Made by a program: the position numbers and the translations under genes
Source: Microbotryum violaceum
Lineage: Eukaryota
Length of the DNA: 64,000 nt
NCBI GenBank assembly: GCA_001244265.2
Contig: CDLV01000017.1
Location: 310,001 to 374,000, forward strand
Reading direction: 5' to 3'
Shown here: positions 63,610 through 64,000 of the stretch, one piece after another
Layout: each line of letters begins with the position of its first letter
How positions within the stretch are numbered: the stretch's first letter is position 1
Notes under the pieces: generated by a model
Databases searched by the model: none
What the model was told of the DNA's origin: nothing
What the model saw: the letters and a program-made list of their open reading frames with translations, nothing else

Positions 63610-64000
63610 GGGCACTCGTACTGATATTGCCACAATTATACTTCCGACCCCCATCTTTGCCACTTTTCTGCCTTTCCGATTGCAGTCGCACGGACCCTTG
63701 CGCCGAACCTGGAAGCGAGTCCGACCCCTATGCAGCGAGTCACCGCCTCCCATCTGCTGCCGAGCCCCTGGCTTGAGAACAGGCTGACTCTTTTGATGTG
63801 AAACTATGCTTCATTTCCAGTCGTGCCTGAACAAGTTCATACGCGAGCCTAGAGGACCTGGCGGAGTGTAAGTGTGTTGAACCCTGTCCTCGCGTCAGAG
63901 TGTCCTCAGAATCGTAGTACAAAGTTGAACTGTATCGCTCACATTCTCATTTGTGATTTCTGCAGTACCGTCGCCCCAAGCCCGCGATGTCTGCAAGACG

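Overview
Intron-rich, GC-rich eukaryotic DNA, most likely from a basidiomycete yeast or smut (Pucciniomycotina-like, inferred from gene content such as ER Hsp90/GRP94 and from intron style). Positions 1-54.2 kb are a dense block of mostly housekeeping genes: Pho85-type cyclin, NOP16, ISA2, RPN8, PEX4-like E2, GGC1, ATP18, RPT5, NOT1, CAS1-type O-acetyltransferase, SF3B2, CIA30-like, GST, a membrane protein, a possible VEFS/SUZ12-like protein, eIF5, p23, a SET methyltransferase and GRP94. Small repeat relics lie around 33.4-43.0 kb. Positions 55.0-63.7 kb hold a tRNA-like gene with an aberrant anticodon loop, followed by four abutting 5'-truncated L1/Tx1-like non-LTR retrotransposon insertions from two families. 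Removing them reconstructs a roughly 20-bp empty site containing a perfect 12-bp palindrome. Every poly(A) tail lands 0-3 nt before a G[T/G]GCAC motif, and the site lies about 57 bp upstream of the tRNA-like gene. This is a candidate site-specific, tRNA-proximal LINE targeting system and the most interesting signal here. Other highlights: NOT1 lacks an in-frame AUG before its conserved N-terminus, an eIF5 poor-context uORF has a stop codon created by splicing, the ATP18 start codon is split by an intron, there is a candidate C/D snoRNA, and there are four GC-AG introns. All family calls are from sequence recognition, not database searches; exon boundaries were inferred by eye.
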